From a virus, in IMG/VR virus record IMGVR_UViG_3300044706_000011, positions 1 to 39,960 of that record: a DNA stretch of 39,960 nucleotides; one strand, written 5' to 3'. The position numbers were made by a program, and so were the translations under genes. Positions 28,614 through 38,814 of the stretch are shown here, piece after piece (the stretch's first letter is position 1; the number at the start of each line of letters is the position of its first letter). The notes under the pieces are model-generated. The model worked only from the letters and a program-made list of their open reading frames with translations. It searched no databases and was not told the DNA's origin.

Positions 28614-29928
28614 TAACTGGAAGCCGCGCGATTACCAGATGGACGCATGGCGATATCTGGAGAATGGCGGCCGCCATTGTGAGGTGGTTTGGCATCGAAG
28701 AAGTGGGAAAGATGAATTGGGGTTGCATTGGACGGCAGTAGCGGCTTTCCAGAGGAAAGGAACCTACTGGTACATGCTGCCCCTCGCCTCGCAAGCCAAG
28801 AAAGCGATCTGGAACGCGGTGAACCCGCACACAGGCCGCAAGAGGATCGACGAGGCGTTTCCTGAAGCCATTCGGAAGCGGCAGAACGATCAGGAGATGT
28901 ACATCGAATTCGTCAACGGGAGTACGTGGCAAGTGGTTGGCTCTGACAACTTCAACTCGCTGGTTGGTTCGCCGCCGATTGGCTTGGTCTATTCGGAATG
29001 GGCGCTGTCCAATCCTGCGGCCAAGGCATATCTGCGTCCGATCCTGGCTGAGAACGGAGGCTGGCAGATCTTCAACACAACACCTCGCGGCAAGAACCAC
29101 GCATTCCGCACGCTCCAAGGTGCCAAGGAAGATCCGAGCGCATTCGCCCAAGTGCTGACCGCCAAGGACACGGGCGTGCTCACTGACGAGCAGTTAGACA
29201 AGCTGCTGGCCGAGTACATCACGGACTACGGCGAGACGCTCGGCACTGCGTACTTCGAACAGGAGTTCCTGTGCAGCTTCGAGACGCCTGTGATGGGCGC
29301 CGTGTACGCGAAGGAGCTGCGCGAGGCTGGATCGCGCATCCGCAACGTGCCATACGACCCGACCAAACCCGTCAGCATCTTCTGGGACTTGGGCCGGGCC
29401 GACAAGACGGCCATCTGGTTCTGCCAACTGGCGCCGTTCGAATACCGCGTCATCGACTACATGGAAGGAGTGGGAAAGCACATTGGCGAGTACATCGTCG
29501 ATCTGCAGGCCAAGCGCTACGTCTATGGCGATTGCTGGCTGCCTCACGATGCTAACAACGAGCTGCTGGCCGCTGAACGCACCGTCGCACAACAGCTGCG
29601 TGCCGCTGGCTTCAAGACGCGCACCGTGCCCAAGACGTCAGTTGACACGCGCATCGAGGCTGCACGCCTCATCCTGCCGCTGTGCTACTTCGACGAGCGC
29701 AAGACGGAACTGGGCATGGACGCCCTGCGCAACTACCGCTATCGCGTGGACGAAGACACGAAGCAGTTCAGCAACGAGCCACTGCACGACTGGGCCTCGC
29801 ACGCTGCCGACGCGTTTGGCTACATGGCCATCGCACTGAAGGAGCCGAAGAAAGAGACGCGCAACTTCCAGACGACGCCGCGTCGCCCGCTCAACCTTGG
29901 CCGCTCGATGGGCGGGAGCTGGATGTGA
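28594..29928 (+). CDS. terL: Large terminase subunit
   Basis: P-loop-like VVWHRRSGKDE. C-terminal nuclease-type region (CWLPHDA ... DWASHAADAFGY). Lies upstream of the portal. Confidence 0.88.
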   Translation: MAIQLPNNWKPRDYQMDAWRYLENGGRHCEVVWHRRSGKDELGLHWTAVAAFQRKGTYWYMLPLASQAKKAIWNAVNPHTGRKRIDEAFPEAIRKRQNDQEMYIEFVNGSTWQVVGSDNFNSLVGSPPIGLVYSEWALSNPAAKAYLRPILAENGGWQIFNTTPRGKNHAFRTLQGAKEDPSAFAQVLTAKDTGVLTDEQLDKLLAEYITDYGETLGTAYFEQEFLCSFETPVMGAVYAKELREAGSRIRNVPYDPTKPVSIFWDLGRADKTAIWFCQLAPFEYRVIDYMEGVGKHIGEYIVDLQAKRYVYGDCWLPHDANNELLAAERTVAQQLRAAGFKTRTVPKTSVDTRIEAARLILPLCYFDERKTELGMDALRNYRYRVDEDTKQFSNEPLHDWASHAADAFGYMAIALKEPKKETRNFQTTPRRPLNLGRSMGGSWM

Positions 29929-29930
29929 CC

Positions 29931-30218
29931 ATGCATATCGCACTCGATTACGACGGCACCTACACCGCAGATCCGAAGCTGTGGAGCGCATTTGTCGCGC
30001 TTGCGAAGGTACAAGGGCACCGTGTCTCCATTGTCACGATGCGCTACGACGGCGGGGCCGAGGTATTGGCGCCGTCGATCTGTGATCAGGTTGATGATGT
30101 CATCTACACCGGTCGCAAAGCCAAGGCTGAATATGTGAAGGCCCAAGGCGAGCACGTGGATGTCTGGATCGACGACAAGCCGCGCTTCATCCTTGAAGAC
30201 GCATGGGTGGGGGACTGA
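29931..30218 (+). CDS. Mini HAD-like protein (95 aa)
   Basis: IALDYDGTYT (DxDxT motif I), IVTMR (motif II-like), VWIDDKP (motif IV-like). Wedged between terL and the portal. Confidence 0.5.
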   Translation: MHIALDYDGTYTADPKLWSAFVALAKVQGHRVSIVTMRYDGGAEVLAPSICDQVDDVIYTGRKAKAEYVKAQGEHVDVWIDDKPRFILEDAWVGD

Positions 30219-32383
30219 TGGCCGAACGCGCAAAAGACATCGTCGCCCGCGCTCACAAGCGCTTCAAGCTCTGCGTCGAATGGGAGCAGGACACGCGCCA
30301 GCGGTTCAAGGACGACATCCGCTTTCTGTACGCTGACTCCGACAATCAGGAGCAGTGGAACGCCGCGGTGCGTGCGCGTCGCCAGATCCAAGACCAGCCA
30401 ATGGTCACGATCAACAAGACGCACACGCACTGGCTGCACGTCGTCAACGAGGGCAAGGAGAACAAGCCGTCCGTCGTCGTGCATCCGACCGGCGATGCAG
30501 CCACGTACGAAGCTGCGCAGATCATCGAGGGCATCGTCCGGCACATCGAGTACATCTCGGACGCGCAGACGGCCTATGACAAGGCGCGTGAGTTCCAAGT
30601 CGGTGGCGGCATCGGCTACTGGCGCATCGTCACGGACTACGCGGACGAGGACAGCTTCGACCAAGAGATTTACATCCGTCAGGTGCCCGATCCGCTGTCG
30701 GTCTATCTCGACCCGCACATCAAGAACGAGGACGGCTCTGACGCTCGCTTCGGCTTCGTGTTCGACGACATGCCGCGCGATAAGGCTGAGGCCAAGTTCG
30801 GCACGATCCTGAAGAACCAGACGTTCGGTGATGGTGCGCTGTCGTGGAATCGTCGTGACACCGTGCGCGTGGCTGAATACTACGAGGTCACTGAGTCCAA
30901 GGAGTGGCTGTACGCCATCGAAGGTGACAATGGCGTGGAGTACGTGCGCGAGTCGGACATCCCGCAGGAAGCGCGCGCGATGCTGAAGGCTGCCTATGAC
31001 TCCGGTAATGCACAGCGCCGTCGCGTGGACAAGCGCATCGTCAAGCATTACCTGATCGTTGGCGACGAGATCGCCGAGTCCAGCACGTGGGCAGGCAAAT
31101 ACATCCCGATCATCCGCGTGCCGGGTGAAGAGGTCGTGATGGAGGGCCGCTTGGACCGCAAGGGCCTTGTGCGCTATCTGAAGGACGCTCAGCGCGCCTA
31201 CAACTACAACGCATCTGCCGCGCTGGAGTTTGGTGCCCTGCAAAGCAAATCGCCGTACATGGCGCCTGTGGAGGCTATCGAGGGACTGGAGAACTACTGG
31301 GCCACGGCGAACACGCAGAACCATGCGTTCCTGCCGTATAACCACGCGGATGAACAGGGCAATCCGATCCCATCTCCGCAGCGTCAGGAGCCCCCGTCTA
31401 CCGCCCCGGTGTACATGGACGGGATGCAGACGGCAGAGCGTGAACTGATGATGGCGTCCGGCCAGTACGAAGCCACATTCAGCGAACAGGGCAACGAGAT
31501 TTCGGGCGTGTCGATTGAGCGCCGGCAGAAACAAGGCTCGCGTGTCACGTTCCACTTCAAGGACAAGGAAGCGAAGGCCATTCGCTTCACTGGCAAGCAG
31601 CTGATTGACCTGATCCCGAAAATCTACGATACGAAGCGCATCATCCGCATCCTGGCTGAGAACGGCGATGAGCAGCAGATCCAGATCGATCCGATGCAAA
31701 AGACCGCGCTCCAGCAGAACAAGGACGACGGTGAGGCAAAGGTGATGGCCATCTTCAACCCGAACGTCGGCAAGTACGACGTGGTGGCGAAGGCTGGCCC
31801 GAACTTCGAGACGCGCCGCGAAGATGCTTTCAACGCGATGACGCAGCTGCTGGCGTCTGCTCCCGAACTGGCGCAGGTCATCGGCGATCTGTACATGGGC
31901 AATGCTGACTTCCCCGCTGCCGACAAGCTGCAGGAGCGTATGCGCAACTGGATCAAGGCGATTAATCCTGGCGCGATTGGTGAAGGCCCGTCGCCGCAAG
32001 AGCAGGCGCTCCAGCAGCAGCTCCAGCAGGCCATGCAGGTCATCCAGCATCTGCAGCAGGAACTGCAGGACAAGACGAAGGCGCAGGAGATGGAGAAGCA
32101 GCGCCTCGACATGGACGCGCTGAACCACCTTGCCCTGCGCATGGAGAACGATCGCGAGACGCTCGTTCAGTCGTTCAAGGCCGAGACGGACCGCATGAAG
32201 GCTCTCTTGGCCGCTCTCGATCCCGAGCAGACACACGCCATCGTGCGCAAGACCATCCAAGAGATGCTCACCGCGCCGAACCCCGCAAAAAACCTATCAG
32301 AAGATCGCATGGACCCGGACGCTGCATACGCAGAAGGCATGGGGACCGTGCTCGCACCACTAGAAGCCAACCAGGGAGCCTAA
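30218..32383 (+). CDS. Portal protein (721 aa)
   Basis: Size and position after terL. Long C-terminal Gln/Glu-rich helical region as in P22-type portals. TGATG overlap upstream. Confidence 0.85.
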   Translation: MAERAKDIVARAHKRFKLCVEWEQDTRQRFKDDIRFLYADSDNQEQWNAAVRARRQIQDQPMVTINKTHTHWLHVVNEGKENKPSVVVHPTGDAATYEAAQIIEGIVRHIEYISDAQTAYDKAREFQVGGGIGYWRIVTDYADEDSFDQEIYIRQVPDPLSVYLDPHIKNEDGSDARFGFVFDDMPRDKAEAKFGTILKNQTFGDGALSWNRRDTVRVAEYYEVTESKEWLYAIEGDNGVEYVRESDIPQEARAMLKAAYDSGNAQRRRVDKRIVKHYLIVGDEIAESSTWAGKYIPIIRVPGEEVVMEGRLDRKGLVRYLKDAQRAYNYNASAALEFGALQSKSPYMAPVEAIEGLENYWATANTQNHAFLPYNHADEQGNPIPSPQRQEPPSTAPVYMDGMQTAERELMMASGQYEATFSEQGNEISGVSIERRQKQGSRVTFHFKDKEAKAIRFTGKQLIDLIPKIYDTKRIIRILAENGDEQQIQIDPMQKTALQQNKDDGEAKVMAIFNPNVGKYDVVAKAGPNFETRREDAFNAMTQLLASAPELAQVIGDLYMGNADFPAADKLQERMRNWIKAINPGAIGEGPSPQEQALQQQLQQAMQVIQHLQQELQDKTKAQEMEKQRLDMDALNHLALRMENDRETLVQSFKAETDRMKALLAALDPEQTHAIVRKTIQEMLTAPNPAKNLSEDRMDPDAAYAEGMGTVLAPLEANQGA

Positions 32384-33100
32384 ATGGAAGATCAAGTCAT
32401 CACACAACAGGAACCAGTGCCGCAGTCTGCCGATTCGACTGAGCAGCCTGCACCTCAACCGCAAGCGACTGAAGAGCCGCAAGAGAAGAAGTCCGAGGCG
32501 CCCGATTGGGCCATTCGTCGCATGGCGGAGATCACGGCAAAGCGTCGCGAGGCCGAAGCCGAAGCAGCACGCTGGCGTGAGATCGCCGAACGCGCACAGG
32601 CTGCTGGCCACGATGATCAGCAGACGCCCGCGCCGCAGCAGAACGTGGATCAACTGGCTCGCGCCTACGCCGAGAACATGCGCGCGCAGGAGCGTGAGCG
32701 CGAGCGTCTGGCGCAGATCGAGATGGCCGGCCGTAAGGAGTTCGGCGCCGAGTTCGACACGGCTCTGATGAACCTGAATGCCGCTGGTGTCGGTGGCCCG
32801 GAGTTCCTGAAGGTGATCGCCGAGATCCCGGATGCACAGAAGGTCGTGACGTGGCTCGGGAAGCACAGCAACCTCGATGAAGCTGTGCGCATCAGTGGCC
32901 TCAATCCGATCCAGATGGGGATCGAGCTCACCAAGCTGGCCGGCAAAGCGTCGAAAGAGATGACGAAACAGGTGTCGAAGGCCCCTCCTCCGGTGCAGCA
33001 CATCGAGGGCGGCTCGTCGGCATCGGACCAAGTTGAACCAGCGGTCGGCTCGAAAGAGTGGTTCAAATGGCGGAATGAACACGCGCGCAAGCGCCGTTAA
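32384..33100 (+). CDS. Scaffolding protein
   Basis: Lies between the portal and the capsid gene. Highly charged, Ala/Glu/Gln-rich and predicted helical. Confidence 0.65.
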   Translation: MEDQVITQQEPVPQSADSTEQPAPQPQATEEPQEKKSEAPDWAIRRMAEITAKRREAEAEAARWREIAERAQAAGHDDQQTPAPQQNVDQLARAYAENMRAQERERERLAQIEMAGRKEFGAEFDTALMNLNAAGVGGPEFLKVIAEIPDAQKVVTWLGKHSNLDEAVRISGLNPIQMGIELTKLAGKASKEMTKQVSKAPPPVQHIEGGSSASDQVEPAVGSKEWFKWRNEHARKRR

Positions 33101-33242
33101 GAAGCACCGCAGTACTCACCGCGCAAGCGGGTAAGCAGGCGTAGGCAAGCCGTTAATTGTCGTGTGGCCCGTTAAGCAGTCTCCGCAGGGCAGAGACGAA
33201 ACGCGAGCAATCGCATTTTTCTTTGCCTTCACGGAGACCCTC

Positions 33243-34442
33243 ATGGCTAACAGCCTGCTTACCATTAACATGATCACCAACGAGGCGGTGCGCCTGTTCA
33301 CTCAGACGAACGCCTTCCTTCGCACCGTCAACAAGCAGTACGACGACCAGTTCGCACGCGACGGCGCGAAGATCGGTAACACCCTGCGCATCCGTCTGCC
33401 GAACGACTACGTGGTCAACACGGGCCCGGCGATCACGCCGCAAGGCACGAACGAGCAGAACACCACGCTGACCGTCGCGACGCAGAAGAACGTGCCGGTG
33501 TCCTTTGGTACGGCCGAACGCACGATGTCCTTGGACGACTACAGCGAGCGCATTCTGGCGCCGGCTGTGAACCGTCTGGCGGCATCGGTGGCCTCGGACC
33601 TGATGAACGTGGCCAACGCTGCCTCCAACATCGCGCCGAATATCAGCGGTGGCAATCTGGTCTCGCCTAACGCTACGACCTGGCTGCAAGCGGGCGCCCT
33701 GCTCGATCAAACGCTGTCGCCGCGCATGGATCGCAAGATCATCATGGACCCGCTGACCCAAGCGCGTACTGTGGGTTCGCTGACCGGCCTGTTCAACCCG
33801 CAACGCAAGATCAGCGAGCAGTACGAGTCGGGCATGATCACGACCGACACGCTGGGCTTCGACTGGATGATGGACCAGACGACCAAGGTCCACACGGTCG
33901 GTACGTTCACCGCGGGCACCGTCAACGGCGCCGGCCAAACCGGCAACACGCTAACCGTCAACGCCATCACTGGCACGCTGAAGCAAGGCGACATCATCAC
34001 CATCGCTGGCGTGGACGCGATCAACCGCCTGACCGGCGACGATCTGGGCGTGCTGAATCAGTTTGTCGTGACGGCTGACGTGGCATCTGGCGCAACGTCG
34101 ATCCCGATCTATCCGGCCATCGTCCCGGCGCCGGCCGCGTTCAACACCGTCACCGCTTCGCCGGCCAACGGTGCAGCGATCTCGCTGGTGATGACTGCTG
34201 GTTCGAAGTACCGTCAGAACCTGGCCTACTACCCCGAAGCCTTCACGCTGGCGACCGCCGATCTGGTCATGCCGACGTCGGGTGTGGTCGAGTCGGCGCG
34301 CGCAGAGTTCGACGGCGTGGCCATGCGGATGATCACCGCGTACGACGTGATGAGCGACAACCTCATCACCCGTATGGACATCCTGTACGGCTATGCGGCG
34401 ATCCGTCCGGAGTGGGCGGTCATCGTTCCGGACGTGCTGTAA
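33243..34442 (+). CDS. Major capsid protein (P22 coat-protein-like)
   Basis: GGAGAC SD before ATG 33243. Length and blocks such as GDIITIAGVDAINRLTGDDLGVLNQFVVTADV parallel P22 gp5. Followed by a strong terminator. Confidence 0.85.
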   Translation: MANSLLTINMITNEAVRLFTQTNAFLRTVNKQYDDQFARDGAKIGNTLRIRLPNDYVVNTGPAITPQGTNEQNTTLTVATQKNVPVSFGTAERTMSLDDYSERILAPAVNRLAASVASDLMNVANAASNIAPNISGGNLVSPNATTWLQAGALLDQTLSPRMDRKIIMDPLTQARTVGSLTGLFNPQRKISEQYESGMITTDTLGFDWMMDQTTKVHTVGTFTAGTVNGAGQTGNTLTVNAITGTLKQGDIITIAGVDAINRLTGDDLGVLNQFVVTADVASGATSIPIYPAIVPAPAAFNTVTASPANGAAISLVMTAGSKYRQNLAYYPEAFTLATADLVMPTSGVVESARAEFDGVAMRMITAYDVMSDNLITRMDILYGYAAIRPEWAVIVPDVL

Positions 34443-34465
34443 CGCTTTCTCCCTGGGTAGTACTT

Positions 34466-34491
34466 GGGCCGGTTTCGGCCGGCCCTTTTTT
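34466..34491 (+). terminator. Rho-independent terminator after the capsid gene
   Basis: GGGCCGG-TTTCGG-CCGGCCC followed by TTTTTT. Confidence 0.8.
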
Positions 34492-34512
34492 AAAACACTG
34501 AGTGAGGAAGCG

Positions 34513-34761
34513 ATGCATCCGAACATGCGTAATTTCACCGCCCAATACGTCTACCGGGAATTCCCGAAGTGGGTCGAATTGGCGAACGGCGAGCGGATCA
34601 TCGTCCATAACGCCGACGAGGAAGCTGCAGCAATTGGTCCGGGACCGGCCCCCGCACGTGAGGCGCTTTTCGAAGAGGCGCGCTCGCTGGGCCTGAACCC
34701 GCATCACCGCACGGGCGAGGAAAAGCTCGTGCAGATGATCAAAGAAGCGCGGGGTGAGTGA
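34513..34761 (+). CDS. Hypothetical virion-module protein (82 aa)
   Basis: GAGGAA SD. TGATG overlap downstream. Confidence 0.6.
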   Translation: MHPNMRNFTAQYVYREFPKWVELANGERIIVHNADEEAAAIGPGPAPAREALFEEARSLGLNPHHRTGEEKLVQMIKEARGE

Positions 34762-36005
34762 TGGCCACTTTCAACAACAGTGCGGCATACTCGATCCTGA
34801 ACACGCAAAAAGGCACCTACTACGTTCAGGGCGGCCACTACTTCGTGCCGGCGACATTTGTTGACCTGGGCACGACCGCGCCGAGCGATTACCAGTCGCT
34901 GAGCAGCGAGCGCTCCGACAAGGTGAGCATCACTGGCGGTGCGCTGGATGGCGTTACTGTCGGTCCGAACTCGACCATCAATGCGACGTTCAGCGGCACG
35001 GTGAGCAACGGTACGATTACCGGGTCAACCATCACTGGCGGCACGATCAACGGCACGCCGATTGGTCAGAGCACGCCGGCCGCAGGTGCATTCCTTGGCC
35101 TGAACGCGACGAGTGCCAGCATTCTCGGTCCATGCAGTGGCGAGGGCGTTAGTTCCACCGTGAACGGCCTGCCTGCCAGCATCACGAATACCGGACCGTC
35201 GCTGGACGCATCGCCGACGTCTGCCTCCCTGACGCTTTACGATTCGACGCGCACGGCGAACAACAAAACCGCCGATGTGTCATGGTTCGGCGGCGTGTTG
35301 TCGCTGCGTCTCAAGAATGATGCTGGCTCGTCGGCTACGGCTGCGCTTTCCGTGACTGGCGGTCAAGCTGCGGGCATCAGCGGCATCACGTCGAATAGCG
35401 GCAGTGGGGCTTGGACGCACACGGGAGACTTCGCCGCATCTGGTGTAGTGAGCGCCGGTATTCAGAGTTCGGCAAATGCACTTCAGTTGCTTGGATCATC
35501 TGGCGCAGCTGATACGCAAATTCGTACGGTTGGCACTTCGGCTGACATCTCGATCCAAGTATCGGCTAAGGGGGCCGGTTCGGTAAAGCTGCAATCGCCG
35601 ACTTCTGTGACCAGCTCGACTGGCTCTGTCCTATCCGTAGATACTACTGATGCCAACGGTAGCTTCATAAAGCTGTCGAACAGCGGCACGGTTATGGGCT
35701 ATTACGGTTCCGGCAAAGCATTGGCGAGCGGTGGCCTGCTCACCGACCTTTCGATTCGTTCAGAAACGGGCGTCATTCTGTTTGCGAAAGGTAGTGCGGT
35801 TCAGACTCGCATCGACGCAAGTGGCACTGTGACTCTGTCACCCGGCTTTACGGTTGCTGGTCTTCCTGCTGCTTCGACTGCCCTGAAGGGAGCGCGCGCA
35901 TTCGTTACCGATGCCAATAACCCGGTGTGGAATAACCCGGTTGCCGGCAGCGGGTCGAACACGGTGCCTGTCTTCTGCAACGGTAACGCGTGGGTCTGCG
36001 GGTAA
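34761..36005 (+). CDS. Fibre-like / surface protein, Gly/Ser/Thr-rich (414 aa)
   Basis: ITGGALDGVTVG ... ITGGTINGTPIGQSTPAAGAF fibre-type repeats. C-terminal GARAFVTDA ... VPVFCNGNAWVCG. Confidence 0.7.
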   Translation: MATFNNSAAYSILNTQKGTYYVQGGHYFVPATFVDLGTTAPSDYQSLSSERSDKVSITGGALDGVTVGPNSTINATFSGTVSNGTITGSTITGGTINGTPIGQSTPAAGAFLGLNATSASILGPCSGEGVSSTVNGLPASITNTGPSLDASPTSASLTLYDSTRTANNKTADVSWFGGVLSLRLKNDAGSSATAALSVTGGQAAGISGITSNSGSGAWTHTGDFAASGVVSAGIQSSANALQLLGSSGAADTQIRTVGTSADISIQVSAKGAGSVKLQSPTSVTSSTGSVLSVDTTDANGSFIKLSNSGTVMGYYGSGKALASGGLLTDLSIRSETGVILFAKGSAVQTRIDASGTVTLSPGFTVAGLPAASTALKGARAFVTDANNPVWNNPVAGSGSNTVPVFCNGNAWVCG

Positions 36006-36008
36006 ATC

Positions 36009-36752
36009 ATGACTGTCCCGCTCCCGACCACGCCATCCGACCTGATCACGCTCGCGCTCAAAACCGCGAACGTGGTCGGGGTCGGCCAGACTCCTAGCGC
36101 AGAGGACATGAACGATGCGTTCAACCTGTTGAACATGATGATGGCGCAGCTGCAGCGCCGTCGCTACATGATCTATCAGCTTGTGACTGTATCGAAGCAG
36201 GCCACGGGAGCGCAATCGTACACGGTGGGACCCGGTGGGGACTTCGACATCCCGCGCCCTGCGAAACTGGAGTCGGCCTACTTCCGCCAGAACCAGAATA
36301 CGCCGCTGCCGGTGGACTACCCGTTCACGATCCTGCGCGCGATGGAGGACTACAACCGCATCTCCATCAAGAACCTGAACTCGTTCCCACAGGTGATCTA
36401 CTACGATCCGGGCGTTCCGATGGGGACGATCTATCCGTGGCCGATCCCGAGCAATCAGTACACGATCTTCCTGACCGTGATGCAGCAGTTGCAGCAGTTC
36501 GCGACGATCAACGACACGATCACGCTGCCGCCTGAGTACAACGCGGCATTGTTGTGGAATCTCGTGCTGGAACTGGGCGTCATGTACGGGCTGCCCGAGA
36601 ACCCGCGGGCCGAGAAGAAGGCCGAGGCATCGCTTCGGATCATCGAAGAAGCGAACGCGCAAATCCCATTGCTGCAGATGCCGACAGCTCTCCGAAAAGC
36701 TGCTGGTACATACAACATTTACGGGGATTACTACATCGGGGGCATCTCATAA
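36009..36752 (+). CDS. Putative head-to-tail adaptor / tail accessory protein (247 aa)
   Basis: Positioned before the gp10-like hub protein. TAATG overlap downstream. Confidence 0.5.
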   Translation: MTVPLPTTPSDLITLALKTANVVGVGQTPSAEDMNDAFNLLNMMMAQLQRRRYMIYQLVTVSKQATGAQSYTVGPGGDFDIPRPAKLESAYFRQNQNTPLPVDYPFTILRAMEDYNRISIKNLNSFPQVIYYDPGVPMGTIYPWPIPSNQYTIFLTVMQQLQQFATINDTITLPPEYNAALLWNLVLELGVMYGLPENPRAEKKAEASLRIIEEANAQIPLLQMPTALRKAAGTYNIYGDYYIGGIS

Positions 36753-38182
36753 TGGCGCGCTTTGCCCTCACCGTCGGCGCCTACGAGGCTCGCAGCATCA
36801 TCGCTGCGGCTCAGCGCTGCGTGAACTTGTACCCGGAGCGTAATCCGGAAGGCTCGCCCTTCCCGTTCACGTATTACCCAACGCCTGGTCTCACGCTGCT
36901 CACGGCCGTGACGCCGACAACGGGCAATGGCTGGCGCGGGCTATGGGCTGCATCCAATGGCCAGTTGTACGGTGTATGCGGCTCGTCGGTCTATGCGATT
37001 TCGTCTTCGTGGGTCGCCACGAAACTGGGCGATCTGCAAACGGTCGCAGGCCCAGTTTCCGTGACGGACAACGGCAACTACGCGCTGATCGTCGATGGAT
37101 CGCTCAAGGGCTATTCGATCACCTTGGTGGGGAATGTGTTTTCCGTGATCACCGATCCGGCGTTCTTAGGCGGCATCACGGTTGACTACATGGACGGGTT
37201 TTTCATCGTGAACAACCCGAACACCCAGCAGTTCTACGTCTCTCTGGCCAACGAACTGAAGTTCGACGCCACTGACTTCGCTTCAAAGTCGGGCTACTCG
37301 GACAAGTTGATCGGGCTCGGTGTATCGCGTCGCTATCTGTACCTGTTCGGCGCGACGACGACGGAAATCTGGTTCAACGCTGGGGACGCAACATTCTCGT
37401 TCGAACGGATGCCGGGTGTGTTCATGCAGTACGGCTGCATGGCAGCGGCAACTATCGCGCAGATGGACGGTGAGTTTTTCTGGCTCGCTGAATCTGCACA
37501 GGGCCGCGCCATCGTTTGCAAGACGAACCAGTTCACCGCACAGAAAGTCTCGACGTTCGCACTGGACAATGAGCTTGCTGGCTATCCCACTCTGGATGAT
37601 GCACAGGGATTCACCTACCAGATGGGCGGCCACTTCTTCTACGTGCTGAACTTCCCGACCGCGAACAAGACGTGGCAGTACGACCTGAGCACGGGCCAGT
37701 GGAACGAGCTTGTTTGGCTTGACACAAACGGTAACGAGAACCGCCACCGGGCTAGCTGCCATGCCTCGATCTACGACACTTCCGTCGTGGGCGATTGGCA
37801 GAACGGAAACCTGTACGCATGGGACATGGACAACTACACGGACAACAGCCGGCCCATCCCGCGCATCCGTTCGTTCGCCCATTCGACCGATGACAACTCG
37901 GACCGCATCCGCTATCGCGAGTTCATCGCGAACATGGAAGCAGGTAACGGAGACGGTTCGCATGATCCTGTGCCGGTGTTCCTGCGCTGGAGCGATACGC
38001 GCGGTAAAACGTGGGGCAACGCCATCAGCACGACGCTGGGAGCCGAGGGTGAATACCTGACGTCTCTTCAATTCCAACGCCTCGGCATGGCCCGCGATCG
38101 CGTGTTCGAACTGTCGTGGTCTGCGCCGGTCAAGACCGCGCTCTTGGGCGCATGGGTGCAATCGGAGTCGAACAACCAATGA
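36752..38182 (+). CDS. Tail hub protein, P22 gp10-like (packaged-DNA stabilisation / tail tube B type; 476 aa)
   Basis: Size, position and beta-propeller-like repeat pattern comparable to P22 gp10. The ORF-track start at 36554 lies inside the upstream gene. Confidence 0.6.
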   Translation: MARFALTVGAYEARSIIAAAQRCVNLYPERNPEGSPFPFTYYPTPGLTLLTAVTPTTGNGWRGLWAASNGQLYGVCGSSVYAISSSWVATKLGDLQTVAGPVSVTDNGNYALIVDGSLKGYSITLVGNVFSVITDPAFLGGITVDYMDGFFIVNNPNTQQFYVSLANELKFDATDFASKSGYSDKLIGLGVSRRYLYLFGATTTEIWFNAGDATFSFERMPGVFMQYGCMAAATIAQMDGEFFWLAESAQGRAIVCKTNQFTAQKVSTFALDNELAGYPTLDDAQGFTYQMGGHFFYVLNFPTANKTWQYDLSTGQWNELVWLDTNGNENRHRASCHASIYDTSVVGDWQNGNLYAWDMDNYTDNSRPIPRIRSFAHSTDDNSDRIRYREFIANMEAGNGDGSHDPVPVFLRWSDTRGKTWGNAISTTLGAEGEYLTSLQFQRLGMARDRVFELSWSAPVKTALLGAWVQSESNNQ

Positions 38183-38814
38183 GTACTTACGCCGCCGACG
38201 TCCCGCTGATCAACGTCCCGTTCGTGCGTCCGGATGGCCGTGTGAGCGAGGCATGGTTCATGTTCCTGATCCAGCTTTTCCGCCGTACAGGTGGCGCGGA
38301 TGGAACCGCGCTCGATGATGTGGCCATCAATGTAGCAACGCTGGCTGACGATCCTGCCATCGCCGTTCTTTCGCAGGCGCTAGCAGACATCAATGTCCAA
38401 CTCCAGATCGCGCCAGACGCAGCGCAGGATGCGCTTTTGAAGGCCCAGCGCACGATCCAGGACGCGATCATCGACCAGCTAACACCACTCGACCCGATCC
38501 GCTCGATGGCCTATCAGGACGCATCAAACGTGAAGATCACGGGCGGCACGATCGATAACACCTCAATCGGACAGACGACAGCAGCCGCGGCGAAATTCAC
38601 CACCGTCGAGGCATCCGGGCAGATCACATCTACCGTCGCAACTGGCACGGCGCCTTTCGTCGTGGCGAGTACGACGCTAGTACCTAACCTCCACGTGGCG
38701 ACAGCGGACAGCCTTGGGACGCCCGGAGCCTATCCGGCCGACGCAACTGACCTACCGTCCGTGATCGCGCTCGCGAACTACATCAAGAGCCGCAACATTT
38801 CGAAGGGAGTTTGA
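38179..38814 (+). CDS. Tail fibre/needle-like protein (211 aa)
   Basis: ATGA overlap. ITGGTIDNTSIGQTTAAAAKFT motif shared with the protein at 34761-36005. Confidence 0.6.
   Translation: MSTYAADVPLINVPFVRPDGRVSEAWFMFLIQLFRRTGGADGTALDDVAINVATLADDPAIAVLSQALADINVQLQIAPDAAQDALLKAQRTIQDAIIDQLTPLDPIRSMAYQDASNVKITGGTIDNTSIGQTTAAAAKFTTVEASGQITSTVATGTAPFVVASTTLVPNLHVATADSLGTPGAYPADATDLPSVIALANYIKSRNISKGV

Noticed and set aside
30104-32260. 718-aa minus-strand ORF antisense to the portal gene. Similar antisense ORFs lie at 4393-5754 (453 aa), 5794-6966 (390 aa) and 37283-38179 (298 aa).
   Set aside because: They mirror well-supported plus-strand genes. Their translations are Arg/Leu/His/Val-rich low-complexity sequence with no SD-linked starts. 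Long antisense open frames are expected in GC-rich coding DNA.
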